A stretch of DNA of 64,000 nt from Acidobacteriota bacterium. GTDB taxonomy: Bacteria; Acidobacteriota; Aminicenantia; Aminicenantales; Saccharicenantaceae. The stretch is taken from assembly GCA_033549365.1 (NCBI GenBank), contig JAWSUF010000006.1, positions 141,472 through 205,471 on the forward strand. Reading direction: 5' to 3'. Shown here piece by piece: positions 16,562 to 27,224 of this stretch (within the stretch, counting starts at the first letter, position 1; the number at the start of each line of letters is the position of its first letter). Under the pieces are notes generated by a model. That model was not told where the DNA came from, ran no database searches, and was given only the letters and a program-made list of their open reading frames with translations. Position numbers and translations under genes: made by a program.

Positions 16562-18490
16562 TCAGTTCTTCGACTCGTCGTCGACCACTTCGGCGTCGAT
16601 GACATCGTCGTCGCCTCCCCCGGGCGGCGGGGTGTCGCCTCCGGGCCGGGCACCGGGTCCGCCCGCCTGAGGGCCGGCCTGTTGCTGGGCGGAGGCCTGC
16701 TGGTACATCATCTCGGTCAGTTTGTGCGAAGCCTTCTGCAGCGATTCCGTGGCGGCCTTGATCTTGTCCAGGTCTTCGGATTCGACGGCCTTTTTGGTTT
16801 TTTCAATTTCAGCCTCAAGATTGCGGGCCTCTTCCTCGGGAATCTTGTCGCGGTTTTCGCGGAGCAGTTTTTCGAGACCGTAGACAAGCTGGTCGGCCTG
16901 ATTGCGGGCGTCGATGACCTCGCGGCGTTTCTTGTCCTCGACGGCATGGGACTCGGCGTCCTTGACCATCCGGTCGATTTCGCCTTCTTCGAGACCGCTG
17001 TGTCCGGTGATGGTGATGGCCTGCTGTTTGCCCGTGCCCTGGTCCTTGGCCGAGACGTGGAGAATGCCGTTGGCGTCGATATCGAACGTGACCTCGATTT
17101 TGGGAACGCCCCGCGGCGCAGGCGGAATGCCGTCGAGGTGGAATCGGCCAAGGGTCCGGTTGTAGGAGGCCATTTCGCGCTCGCCCTGCAAAACGTGAAT
17201 TTCGACGCTGGGCTGGCTGTCCGAGGCCGTGGAGTAGATCTCGGTTTTCTTGGTCGGGATGGTCGTGTTGCGCGGAATCATTTTTGTAAACACGCCGCCC
17301 AAGGTTTCAATCCCCAGGGTGAGCGGGGTGACATCGAGAAGCAGGACATCCTTGACGTCGCCCGAAAGGACGGCGCCCTGGATGGCCGCGCCGACGGCCA
17401 CGACCTCGTCGGGATTGACACCCTTGTGAGGTTCCCGGCCGAAGATCTCCTTGACGATCTGCTGTATGCGGGGCGCCCGGGTTTGACCGCCGACGAGGAT
17501 GACCTCATGAATGTCTTCGGCCTTGAGGCCGGCATCGGCCAGAGCCTGACGGCAGGGAGCCACGGATTTCTGAACGATGGGCTCCATGAGATCCTCGAGT
17601 TTGGCCCGGGTCAGTTTCATCAACAGGTGCTTGGGACCGGAGGCATCGGCCGTGATGAAAGGCAGGTTGACCTCGGTCTCCATAAGGGATGAGAGTTCGG
17701 TCTTGGCCTTCTCGGCCGCCTCTTTGAGTCTCTGCAGGGCCATTTTGTCTTTGGTCAGGTCGATGCCCGATTCCTTGCGGAACTCGTTGACCAGCCAGTC
17801 CTGAACGACCTGGTCGATATCGTCGCCGCCGAGGTGAGTATCGCCGTTCGTCGATTTGACTTCGACCACACCTTCCCCGACTTCCAGGATGGAAATGTCG
17901 AAAGTGCCGCCGCCGAAATCATAGACGGCGATGATCTGATCCTTCTTCTTGTCCATGCCGTAGGCCAGAGCCGCGGCCGTGGGTTCGTTGATGATCCGAA
18001 CGACATCGAGGCCGGCGATCTTCCCGGCGTCTTTCGTGGCCTTGCGCTGACTGTCGTTGAAATAGGCCGGAACGGTAATGACGGCTTTTTCGATTTTTTC
18101 TCCGAGATACTCCTCAGCCGCCTTTTTCAGCTTCTGCAAAATGTAAGCGGAAATCTCCGGCGGGGCGTATTTCTTGCCGAGGGCCTCGACACGGACATCG
18201 TCGTTTTCGGCCGCGCCGACCTTAAACGGAACCTGGCTCTTTTCCTTGGATACTTCTTCATAGCGCCGCCCCATGAACCTCTTGATGGAATAAATGGTGT
18301 TTTCGGGGTTGGTGACCCGTTGTCTTTTGGCCACCTGTCCGACAAGGATTTCTCCTTTTTGGGTGAAGGCCACGACGGACGGCGTCGTCCGCCCGCCCTC
18401 TTCGTTCGGAATAACCGTGCCCTTGTCTCCTTCCATGATGGATACGACGGAGTTTGTCGTTCCCAAATCGATACCAATTATCTTTGTCAT
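16562..18490 (-). CDS. dnaK: Molecular chaperone DnaK (Hsp70)
   Basis: [15 protein letters not shown]…, DLGGGTFD, full Hsp70 architecture. Start taken at the second ATG (18488-18490), which is preceded by AGGAGG. Confidence 0.95.
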   Translation of the reverse strand: MTKIIGIDLGTTNSVVSIMEGDKGTVIPNEEGGRTTPSVVAFTQKGEILVGQVAKRQRVTNPENTIYSIKRFMGRRYEEVSKEKSQVPFKVGAAENDDVRVEALGKKYAPPEISAYILQKLKKAAEEYLGEKIEKAVITVPAYFNDSQRKATKDAGKIAGLDVVRIINEPTAAALAYGMDKKKDQIIAVYDFGGGTFDISILEVGEGVVEVKSTNGDTHLGGDDIDQVVQDWLVNEFRKESGIDLTKDKMALQRLKEAAEKAKTELSSLMETEVNLPFITADASGPKHLLMKLTRAKLEDLMEPIVQKSVAPCRQALADAGLKAEDIHEVILVGGQTRAPRIQQIVKEIFGREPHKGVNPDEVVAVGAAIQGAVLSGDVKDVLLLDVTPLTLGIETLGGVFTKMIPRNTTIPTKKTEIYSTASDSQPSVEIHVLQGEREMASYNRTLGRFHLDGIPPAPRGVPKIEVTFDIDANGILHVSAKDQGTGKQQAITITGHSGLEEGEIDRMVKDAESHAVEDKKRREVIDARNQADQLVYGLEKLLRENRDKIPEEEARNLEAEIEKTKKAVESEDLDKIKAATESLQKASHKLTEMMYQQASAQQQAGPQAGGPGARPGGDTPPPGGGDDDVIDAEVVDDESKN

Positions 18491-18516
18491 GATGCCTCCT
18501 AATTTAGTCAAATGAT

Positions 18517-18546
18517 AATATATAACCTGAGCACGCCTTTGTCAAG
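18517..18546 (-). promoter_or_regulatory. dnaK promoter: consensus-like sigma70 TTGACA-N17-TATATT with overlapping degenerate HAIR-like inverted repeat (CTTGACA-N7-GCTCAGG)
   Basis: Minus strand reads gaaaCTTGACAaaggcgtgctcaggttaTATATTatcatttgactaaattAGGAGGcatcATG. The HAIR consensus CTTGAGT-N7-ACTCAAG is matched 5/7 + 5/7. Confidence 0.5.
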
Positions 18547-18746
18547 TTTCTGCTATTTTTTTATTTTGTTTATTATCTTATTTTTACGAGTTTTATTCGT
18601 TTCTCTTTCTTTATTTGAGGATCTTAAACGTCTTTTGCGACACCCACTCGCCCTTATACACTTCGAAAAATTGTGGGGCCAATTGACCATGTCATAATTT
18701 GACTTTTCCTATTATTTCTATTATTTCTACAGATAAGGATGTCATC

Positions 18747-21700
18747 ATGATCAATTCGATCATCAGGTTTTTTCTCGAAAACAAGTTGGTCGCAGCCTTG
18801 TTGTTTATTATTTTAGCGGCCTGGGGCCTTGCCGTCGCTCCCTTCGACTGGAACATCCCCCTTCTTTCCCGCAATCCCGTCCCTGTCGACGCCATTCCGG
18901 ATATCGGAGAAAACCAACAGATCGTCTTCACGGAATGGATGGGGCGCAGTCCCCAGGATATCGAAGATCAGATCACTTATCCGCTGACGGCGTCTCTTTT
19001 AGGTCTTCCCGGCGTGACCAGCATCCGCAGCACATCCATGTTCGGCTTCTCCAGCGTAACGATCATTTTTCACGAGCGCATCGAGTATTACTGGAGCCGC
19101 TCGCGTGTTCTTGAAAAGCTCAACACACTTCCCCGCGATCTTTTGCCCCCGGGTGTCAACCCCGTTCTCGGGCCCGACGCCACGGCTCTCGGCCAAATTT
19201 TCTGGTACACACTTGAAGGCCGGGACGGCGACGGACTTCCGGCGGGAGGATGGGATCTTCACGAACTGCGCGCCATTCAGGATTTCCACGTTCGTCCGGC
19301 CCTCTCCTCGGCGGAAGGCGTCTCCGAAGTGGCCTCGGTCGGCGGCTTCGTGAAGGAATACCAGGTCGATCTCGACCCGGAGGCCATGCAGGCTCACGGC
19401 GTCGGCCTGATGGAGATCACCGAGGCTTTGCGCATGAGCAACCGGGATGTCGGCGCCCAAACCATCGAATTCAACCTTGTCGAGTATTATGTCCGCGGCC
19501 TCGGCACGATCAAAAGCCCTGACGACATCGAACAGGCTGTTGTCCGCGTCTCCGGGAACATTCCCTTGCGGATCCGGGATATCGCCCGCGTAACGATCGG
19601 GCCTGCACCTCGCGGCCACGGCGGGATTCTCGACAAGGGAGGAAGCGAAGCCGTCGGCGGCGTCGTCGTGGCCCGTTTCGGTGAAAATCCCCTTGAAGTC
19701 ATTCGCAACGTCAAGACCTTGATCGGGCAAACCGCGCCGGGACTTCCGTCAAGGACACTCGAAGACGGCAGAGTCTCCCGTGTCACCATTGTTCCTTTTT
19801 ACGACCGGACTCAGCTCATCTATGAAACACTGGGCACGCTTCGCGATGCCATCAGCCTGCAGATCCTCATCACCATGATCGTTATCGTCGTGATGGTCTT
19901 TCATCTTCGGGCCTCTCTCATGATCTCGGCGCTTCTTCCTCTCGCCGTCCTCATGTGTTTCGTCATGATGAAGCAGTTTCGTGTCGATGCCAACATCGTG
20001 GCTCTTTCCGGTATCGCCATCGCCATCGGAACCATGGTCGATCTTGGGATCATTCTGAGTGAAAACATCCTCCGTCATCAAAAGGAGGCGCCTCCGGGCC
20101 GTCCCCTCATCGAAACGGTTTTCAATGCATCCGCGGAGGTGTCCTCGGCCATCCTGACGGCCGTTTCCACAACAATTGTCAGTTTCCTCCCCGTATTCAC
20201 GCTTCAAGCCGCTGAAGGAAAACTTTTCAGGCCTCTGGCTTTCACCAAGACCTTCGCTCTCATCGCGGCTCTGGTCATCACGCTCCTGATGATCCCGGCA
20301 CTGGCTCACGGCCTGCTTTCCCTGAAGACGAAAGGCAAGACACGGCGGCTTTTCTGGAACGGAATCCTTTTCGCGGCCGGACTTGCCTCCCTGTTCTTTC
20401 TCCCCTGGGCCGGGCTGATTCTGGTCGCTCTCGGCGCCAACAATCTTTTGGCTCTTTCGGGCCGCGTTCCGGAACGGCTTCAATGGATTTCCCGGAATTC
20501 CCAAACCGTCAACATCCTCATCGTCACCCTGGGCATCGGAGGCCTTCTGGCATCCGCATGGCGTCCCCTGGGCGTCCACAACAGCCTGGGCGTTAATCTT
20601 CTATTCGTTCTTCTCGTCATCGGGCTCGTCCTCGGAACCTTCAAAATCTTCATCCGCCTCTATCCCCGCATTCTCAAGGGGTGCCTGTCTCATAAGACCG
20701 CTTTTCTGTTGATTCCGGCTCTTATCATCCTGGCCGGAATCTTCATCTGGCGCGGAATGGGCCGGGAATTCATGCCCTCCCTGGACGAAGGCGCTTTTCT
20801 TTTGATGCCGACATCCATGCCCCACTCCGGCATGGAAGCCAACATCCGCACCCTTTCCGAGCTTGACAGGCGCGTCGAAGCCATTCCGGAAGTGGAAACC
20901 GTCGTCGGCAAAGCCGGACGGGCGGAAAGCTCTCTGGATCCCGCTCCCATGTCCATGTTCGAAAATGTCATCCTCTACAAAAGCGAGTACAAGACGGGTC
21001 CCGACGGCCGCCCGATCCGATTTCAAGTCGATGCCGAGGGTGTTTTTGTCAGGAACGGCGACGGCCGTCTTGTTCCCGACCGCCGGGGACGGTATTTCCG
21101 CCAGTGGCGCGACCACATCCGCTCTCCCGACGACATCTGGAGCGAAATCGTCCGGGTCACCCGATCCCTCCCCGGAGTCACTTCGGCACCCAAGCTCCAA
21201 CCCATTGAAACACGGCTGGTGATGCTCCAGACAGGCCTGCGGGCGCCCATGGGTCTTAAGGTTTTCGGCCCCGATCTGGAGACGATCGAGACCTTCAGCC
21301 TGACTTTGGAACACCTTCTCAAGGACGTGCCCTCCGTCAAGCCGGAATCCGTTTTCGCCGACCGGAGCCTGGGGAAACCTTACCTGGAAATCGAGCTCAA
21401 CCGGCGAGCCATGGGCCGCTACGGCTTGAACGTGGAGGACGTCCAGCACGTGATCGAAACAGCCGTCGGCGGCATGACCCTGACAATGACCGTCGAGGGC
21501 CGCGAGCGGTTCGCCGTGCGGGCCCGCTTCGCCCGCGAGTGGCGCGACGATCCCGAGATGCTGAAACGGGTTCCCGTTTCGACACCCGCCGGCCCTTTCG
21601 TTCATCTCGGCGAAATCGCCGAAATCGTCTATCGTCCGGGACCGATGATGATCCGCGGTGAAAACGCCTTTCTCGTGGGTTATGTTCTTTTCGACAGAAA

Positions 21701-22442
21701 AAGCGGCGTTGCGGAAGTCACGGCCGTCGAGGACGCCCGACGAATTCTTGACGACAAGATCGCCGACGGCGAACTGTCCGTTCCCGCCGGCGTCCGCTTT
21801 CAGTTCTCCGGAAATTACGAAAACCAGGTGAGAGCGTCGCAACGCCTGGCCGTCGTCATCCCCCTGGTCCTGGCCGTCATTTTCCTCATTCTTTACTTCC
21901 AGTTCCGGTCCGCAGCGGTCTCCCTGATGATCTTTTCCGCCGTGGCCCTGGCCTTCGCGGGCGGTTTCATCATGCTCTGGCTCTACGGTCAGGACTGGTT
22001 CCTGAACGTCTCGCTTTTCGGAGTGTCTCTCAGGGAACTCTTCAACATGACGAACGTGAATCTCAGCGTGGCGGTTTGGGTGGGTTTCATCGCCCTGTTC
22101 GGGATCGCCACCGACGACGGCGTGGTCATGGCCACTTACCTGAAACAAAGCTTCCGGAAACACCGGCCGGCGGATCGGACGGCCATCCGGCAGGCCGTGC
22201 TTGAGGCGGGACTCCGAAGAGTCCGGCCTTGTTTAATGACCACGGCAACCACCCTTCTGGCCCTGCTTCCCGTTTTGACCTCGAGCGGGCGGGGGGCCGA
22301 CATCATGATTCCGATGGCCATCCCCGCTTTCGGCGGGATGACGGTTGCGTTGATCACGCTTTTCGTCGTTCCGGTTCTTTACGCAGCCCGGGAGGAATTC
22401 CTAATCCGGGGAAAACCGGAGAGATTCCAGAAAGACGAGTGA
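18747..22442 (+). CDS. czcA: Heavy-metal efflux RND transporter permease (CzcA/CusA family), enlarged (~1231 aa)
   Basis: MINSIIRFFLENKLVAALLFIILAAWG… is typical of the HME-RND N-terminus, with 12 TM segments and large periplasmic loops. Start set at ATG 18747; the track's TTG at 18699 is less likely. Confidence 0.85.
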   Translation: MINSIIRFFLENKLVAALLFIILAAWGLAVAPFDWNIPLLSRNPVPVDAIPDIGENQQIVFTEWMGRSPQDIEDQITYPLTASLLGLPGVTSIRSTSMFGFSSVTIIFHERIEYYWSRSRVLEKLNTLPRDLLPPGVNPVLGPDATALGQIFWYTLEGRDGDGLPAGGWDLHELRAIQDFHVRPALSSAEGVSEVASVGGFVKEYQVDLDPEAMQAHGVGLMEITEALRMSNRDVGAQTIEFNLVEYYVRGLGTIKSPDDIEQAVVRVSGNIPLRIRDIARVTIGPAPRGHGGILDKGGSEAVGGVVVARFGENPLEVIRNVKTLIGQTAPGLPSRTLEDGRVSRVTIVPFYDRTQLIYETLGTLRDAISLQILITMIVIVVMVFHLRASLMISALLPLAVLMCFVMMKQFRVDANIVALSGIAIAIGTMVDLGIILSENILRHQKEAPPGRPLIETVFNASAEVSSAILTAVSTTIVSFLPVFTLQAAEGKLFRPLAFTKTFALIAALVITLLMIPALAHGLLSLKTKGKTRRLFWNGILFAAGLASLFFLPWAGLILVALGANNLLALSGRVPERLQWISRNSQTVNILIVTLGIGGLLASAWRPLGVHNSLGVNLLFVLLVIGLVLGTFKIFIRLYPRILKGCLSHKTAFLLIPALIILAGIFIWRGMGREFMPSLDEGAFLLMPTSMPHSGMEANIRTLSELDRRVEAIPEVETVVGKAGRAESSLDPAPMSMFENVILYKSEYKTGPDGRPIRFQVDAEGVFVRNGDGRLVPDRRGRYFRQWRDHIRSPDDIWSEIVRVTRSLPGVTSAPKLQPIETRLVMLQTGLRAPMGLKVFGPDLETIETFSLTLEHLLKDVPSVKPESVFADRSLGKPYLEIELNRRAMGRYGLNVEDVQHVIETAVGGMTLTMTVEGRERFAVRARFAREWRDDPEMLKRVPVSTPAGPFVHLGEIAEIVYRPGPMMIRGENAFLVGYVLFDRKSGVAEVTAVEDARRILDDKIADGELSVPAGVRFQFSGNYENQVRASQRLAVVIPLVLAVIFLILYFQFRSAAVSLMIFSAVALAFAGGFIMLWLYGQDWFLNVSLFGVSLRELFNMTNVNLSVAVWVGFIALFGIATDDGVVMATYLKQSFRKHRPADRTAIRQAVLEAGLRRVRPCLMTTATTLLALLPVLTSSGRGADIMIPMAIPAFGGMTVALITLFVVPVLYAAREEFLIRGKPERFQKDE

Positions 22443-22447
22443 AACCC

Positions 22448-23884
22448 ATGACCCTAAAAACACGCTTCATCGGACCGGTCCTTGCGCTCGCCGTCGTCTT
22501 CTTCAGCTTCTCGCCGGCGTCGGGCGCGGGTCAAACTCTGGAAGATATCCTGCGCATGGTTGAGTCGGAAAATCCCGAACTGAAGGCCCTGACCAGCGAA
22601 TACCTGGCCTCTGTCGAGAAAATCGCCCAGGCCCGGGGACTCCCGGACCCGCAACTTTCGGCCGGAATCTTTCTTCGGCCGATGGAACGCTATATGGGCG
22701 ACCAGACCGCCGGTTTTCAGGCCATGCAGATGTTCCCCTGGCCCGGAACGCTCGGCGATGCCGGCCGGGAAGCGGCCGCCATGGCCCAAGCCCGCTTCGA
22801 AGCCTGGCGGGAAGCCCGAAGCCGTCTGCTCTTCGATGCCAAAGCGGCCTGGTACGCATTCTACATCCTCGACAGAGAACTCTCCATAACCCGGGAAACT
22901 CTGATTCTCCTTCACAGCCTGGAAGATATCGCCCGGACGAAATTCTCCGTCGGTGAATCAGGAACAATGCCGGGCAAGCCGTCGAAACCTGGAATCCCCG
23001 GAAAAATCATGTCCGGGGCGGGATCGGGCGGCGGCATGGAGCGCATGGCCGGTATGCCAGGAAGCGATGCGCCCAAGTCCGCCGGCACGGCATCATCCGC
23101 CATGCGGGGAGCCATGCCGATGATGGCCGGGTCCGGCGCCGGCCTGGCGGATCTTCTGCTGATCCGCATGGAAATCCTGGAAATTGAAAACCGGCTTGAG
23201 TTTCTCGACGACGACCGGGCCGTCGCTGCCGCGCGGCTCAACGGTTTCATGGACCGCAATCCACGGGAACCCGTCGAACTTCCGGAAGCGCTGCCAACCG
23301 CGGAAATGCCCTTATCTCCGGAGAATGCGAACGAAAAGATCGGCCGCAACAACCCGATGCTGAAAATGCTGGAATCCGAGGGCCTGGCCCTCAGCGCCAA
23401 AGAGTCCATGAATCGCAAAATGGGCCGGCCGATGTTCGGACTGGGGTTGCAATACGAAACATTCAGGCCGAGGCGGGATCAGGAAGGCCATGACCGGAAA
23501 ATGAGCATGCTGATGCCGATGGTGACGGTCAGCATCCCTCTGTGGAGAAAGAAATATGCGGCCGCGATCGGAGAAACCCGGCTGCAATTGAAGGCCCTCG
23601 AGGACAAGGAGCGGGACGCACGCAACTGGTTGACCGTCGGATATCAAGAGGCCCTGGCCCGATTCAGGGACGCCGAAAGACGGATCGCTCTATCCGGTGA
23701 ACTCGCCGGGCTGGCCCGGCAGGCGCTGGATATCATGACGGCCGGATATTCCACGGGCGGGAGCGATTTCGAGGAGATTCTCCGGTTGCAGCGCCGGCTG
23801 CTGGACCTGCGGCTGAAACTCATCGAGGCCGAAGCCGACCGGAACATCGCCGTGGCCCTGGTCGAAAGATTGATGGGAGAGTGA
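22448..23884 (+). CDS. Outer-membrane efflux factor (TolC/CzcC/CusC-like)
   Basis: ATG at 22448 directly after the czcA stop. Signal peptide MTLKTRFIGPVLALAVVFFSFSPASGA. OMF-type duplicated helical/β segments, with a Gly/Met/Ala-rich insertion. Confidence 0.75.
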   Translation: MTLKTRFIGPVLALAVVFFSFSPASGAGQTLEDILRMVESENPELKALTSEYLASVEKIAQARGLPDPQLSAGIFLRPMERYMGDQTAGFQAMQMFPWPGTLGDAGREAAAMAQARFEAWREARSRLLFDAKAAWYAFYILDRELSITRETLILLHSLEDIARTKFSVGESGTMPGKPSKPGIPGKIMSGAGSGGGMERMAGMPGSDAPKSAGTASSAMRGAMPMMAGSGAGLADLLLIRMEILEIENRLEFLDDDRAVAAARLNGFMDRNPREPVELPEALPTAEMPLSPENANEKIGRNNPMLKMLESEGLALSAKESMNRKMGRPMFGLGLQYETFRPRRDQEGHDRKMSMLMPMVTVSIPLWRKKYAAAIGETRLQLKALEDKERDARNWLTVGYQEALARFRDAERRIALSGELAGLARQALDIMTAGYSTGGSDFEEILRLQRRLLDLRLKLIEAEADRNIAVALVERLMGE

Positions 23885-23888
23885 TGCT

Positions 23889-25664
<1,776 letters not shown>

Positions 25665-25701
25665 GACGGATTCGCGGAAGGCCATCGCATCCAATCGTCT
25701 T

Positions 25702-25730
25702 AAAAAAAAGGGGGAGCTCGCGCTCCCCCC
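25702..25730 (-). terminator. Rho-independent terminator for the malic-enzyme gene (also at the czc operon end)
   Basis: Perfect 8-bp GC stem gggggagc-tcgc-gctccccc flanked by A8 on the plus strand, i.e. U8 after the hairpin on the minus-strand transcript. Confidence 0.6.
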
Positions 25731-25769
25731 TGGGAATTCCTGTGGGCTGCGGTCTTAGCCGCGTCCTGT

Positions 25770-27119
25770 TTACTTGTCCGGATCGATGATGAAGCCTTCC
25801 TTCATCAGAAGCTGAACGTGCTCACGGGCTTCCTTGATGGTTCTTTCGGCCATCTTGTAGCGTTCCTCGGCCGGGAGGTTGATCCGGGCCACGCCCTGCT
25901 CGATGGCCTTGCTGCCGACGGCCACGGCCTCGCGGGGAAAGACTTCCCATTCATCCATGGTGGGGATAATGTAATCTTCCCGGAGACCCTTGTCCTCGGC
26001 CACCTTGGCCAGCTCGGTCGCTGCGGCGATGCACATTTCGTCGGTAATCGTCTTGGCCCGAACGTCGAGAGCCCCGCGGAAGATGCCGGGAAAGCCGAGA
26101 GAATTGTTGACCTGGTTTTCGAAGTCGGAGCGGCCCGTGGCCACGATGCGGGCGCCCGCTTCCTTGGCTTCCCAAGGCCAGATCTCGGGGATGGGGTTGG
26201 CCGCCGCAATAACGACGGCATTCGGAGCCATCGTCTTGATCCATTCCTTCTTGATGGTTCCCGGTCCGGGCGTGGAAACGGAGACCAGGACATCCGCGTT
26301 CTTGATGGCGTCGGGAATGTCGCCTTTGATCATCTTTTCATTGGTTTTGAGGCAGATGTCCCATTTTTCCTTGAACTTCGTCTGGAGGATGTCCTTGTCG
26401 CTGCGGTCTTTATGCAGGATGCCCTTGGAGTCGACGGACAGCATGTTGCCAGGAGTGACTCCGGCCGTCATCATCAGACGGGCGATGGCGACGCCGGAGG
26501 CGCCGGCGCCGACGATGGTCACATGGACGTCGGACATTTTCTTGCCGACGATTTTGAGGGCGTTGATGATGCCGGCTACGGTCACGCAGGCCGTTCCCTG
26601 CTGGTCGTCATGCCAGACGGGGATTTCGCATTCGGCACGCAGAGTGTCCAGGATGTGGAAGCACTTGGGATGGGAGATATCCTCGAGGTTGAAACCGCCG
26701 AAGGTGGGCTGAAGGGCCTTGCAGATATCGATGATCTTGTCCGGATCCTTTTCTTTGAGGCAGATCGGGAAAGCGTCCACGCCGCCCAGGTACTTGTAGA
26801 GGAGCCCCTTGCCTTCCATGACCGGCAGGCCGGCTTCGGGCCCGATATCACCGAGTCCGAGGACGCGCGATCCGTCGGAAATGACGGCCACGAAATTTCC
26901 CTTGTTGGTGTGATCGTAAACCTTTTCCGGATTCTGCTGGATGTCCTTGCAGGGCGCGGCCACCCCCGGCGTATACCAGATCGCGAAATCGTCCATATCG
27001 CGGACTCGGCATTTCAAGGTGACCTGGATTTTGCCGCGGTAGTACGGGTGAAGACGCATGGCGTCTTTTGAAGGCTGGTGGGCTTTCGCCAACAGTTCTT
27101 CAACGGTTTTTGTGCTCAT
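25770..27119 (-). CDS. maeB: NAD(P)-dependent malic enzyme (malate dehydrogenase, decarboxylating)
   Basis: 449 aa. …WYTPGVAAPCKDI…, VISDGSRVLGLGDIGPEAGLPVMEGKGLLYKYLGGVDAFPI, GAGASGVAIARLM. Confidence 0.85.
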   Translation of the reverse strand: MSTKTVEELLAKAHQPSKDAMRLHPYYRGKIQVTLKCRVRDMDDFAIWYTPGVAAPCKDIQQNPEKVYDHTNKGNFVAVISDGSRVLGLGDIGPEAGLPVMEGKGLLYKYLGGVDAFPICLKEKDPDKIIDICKALQPTFGGFNLEDISHPKCFHILDTLRAECEIPVWHDDQQGTACVTVAGIINALKIVGKKMSDVHVTIVGAGASGVAIARLMMTAGVTPGNMLSVDSKGILHKDRSDKDILQTKFKEKWDICLKTNEKMIKGDIPDAIKNADVLVSVSTPGPGTIKKEWIKTMAPNAVVIAAANPIPEIWPWEAKEAGARIVATGRSDFENQVNNSLGFPGIFRGALDVRAKTITDEMCIAAATELAKVAEDKGLREDYIIPTMDEWEVFPREAVAVGSKAIEQGVARINLPAEERYKMAERTIKEAREHVQLLMKEGFIIDPDK

Positions 27120-27224
27120 GAATCAGTCCTCCTGATATGTGAAAATGAGAAGCTTTATTTTATTCCGATTCCTTCACCAAAGTCAATCAAAACCGGACGG
27201 AAAGCTTCCGGCTCCGGCGGTCCG

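Noticed and set aside
18512-18700. Checked for a canonical HAIR (CTTGAGT-N7-ACTCAAG) or CIRCE (TTAGCACTC-N9-GAGTGCTAA) heat-shock operator.
   Set aside because: No CIRCE element present. Only a degenerate HAIR-like repeat (5/7 + 5/7), retained as a low-confidence regulatory note rather than a firm call.
20601-22163. 520-aa ORF antisense to czcA. Other long antisense ORFs were also seen: 19749-20579, 25818-27071, 27582-29270, 16487-17692, 47833-50427 (864 aa), 54561-56972 (803 aa), 13241-14122, 34173-35777, 30632-31912.
   Set aside because: All lie opposite well-supported conserved genes (RND pump, malic enzyme, dnaK, subtilisin/recN, infB, etc.), are Arg/Gly/Asp-rich low-complexity translations typical of high-GC antisense frames, and lack RBS or motifs. 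Treated as spurious.
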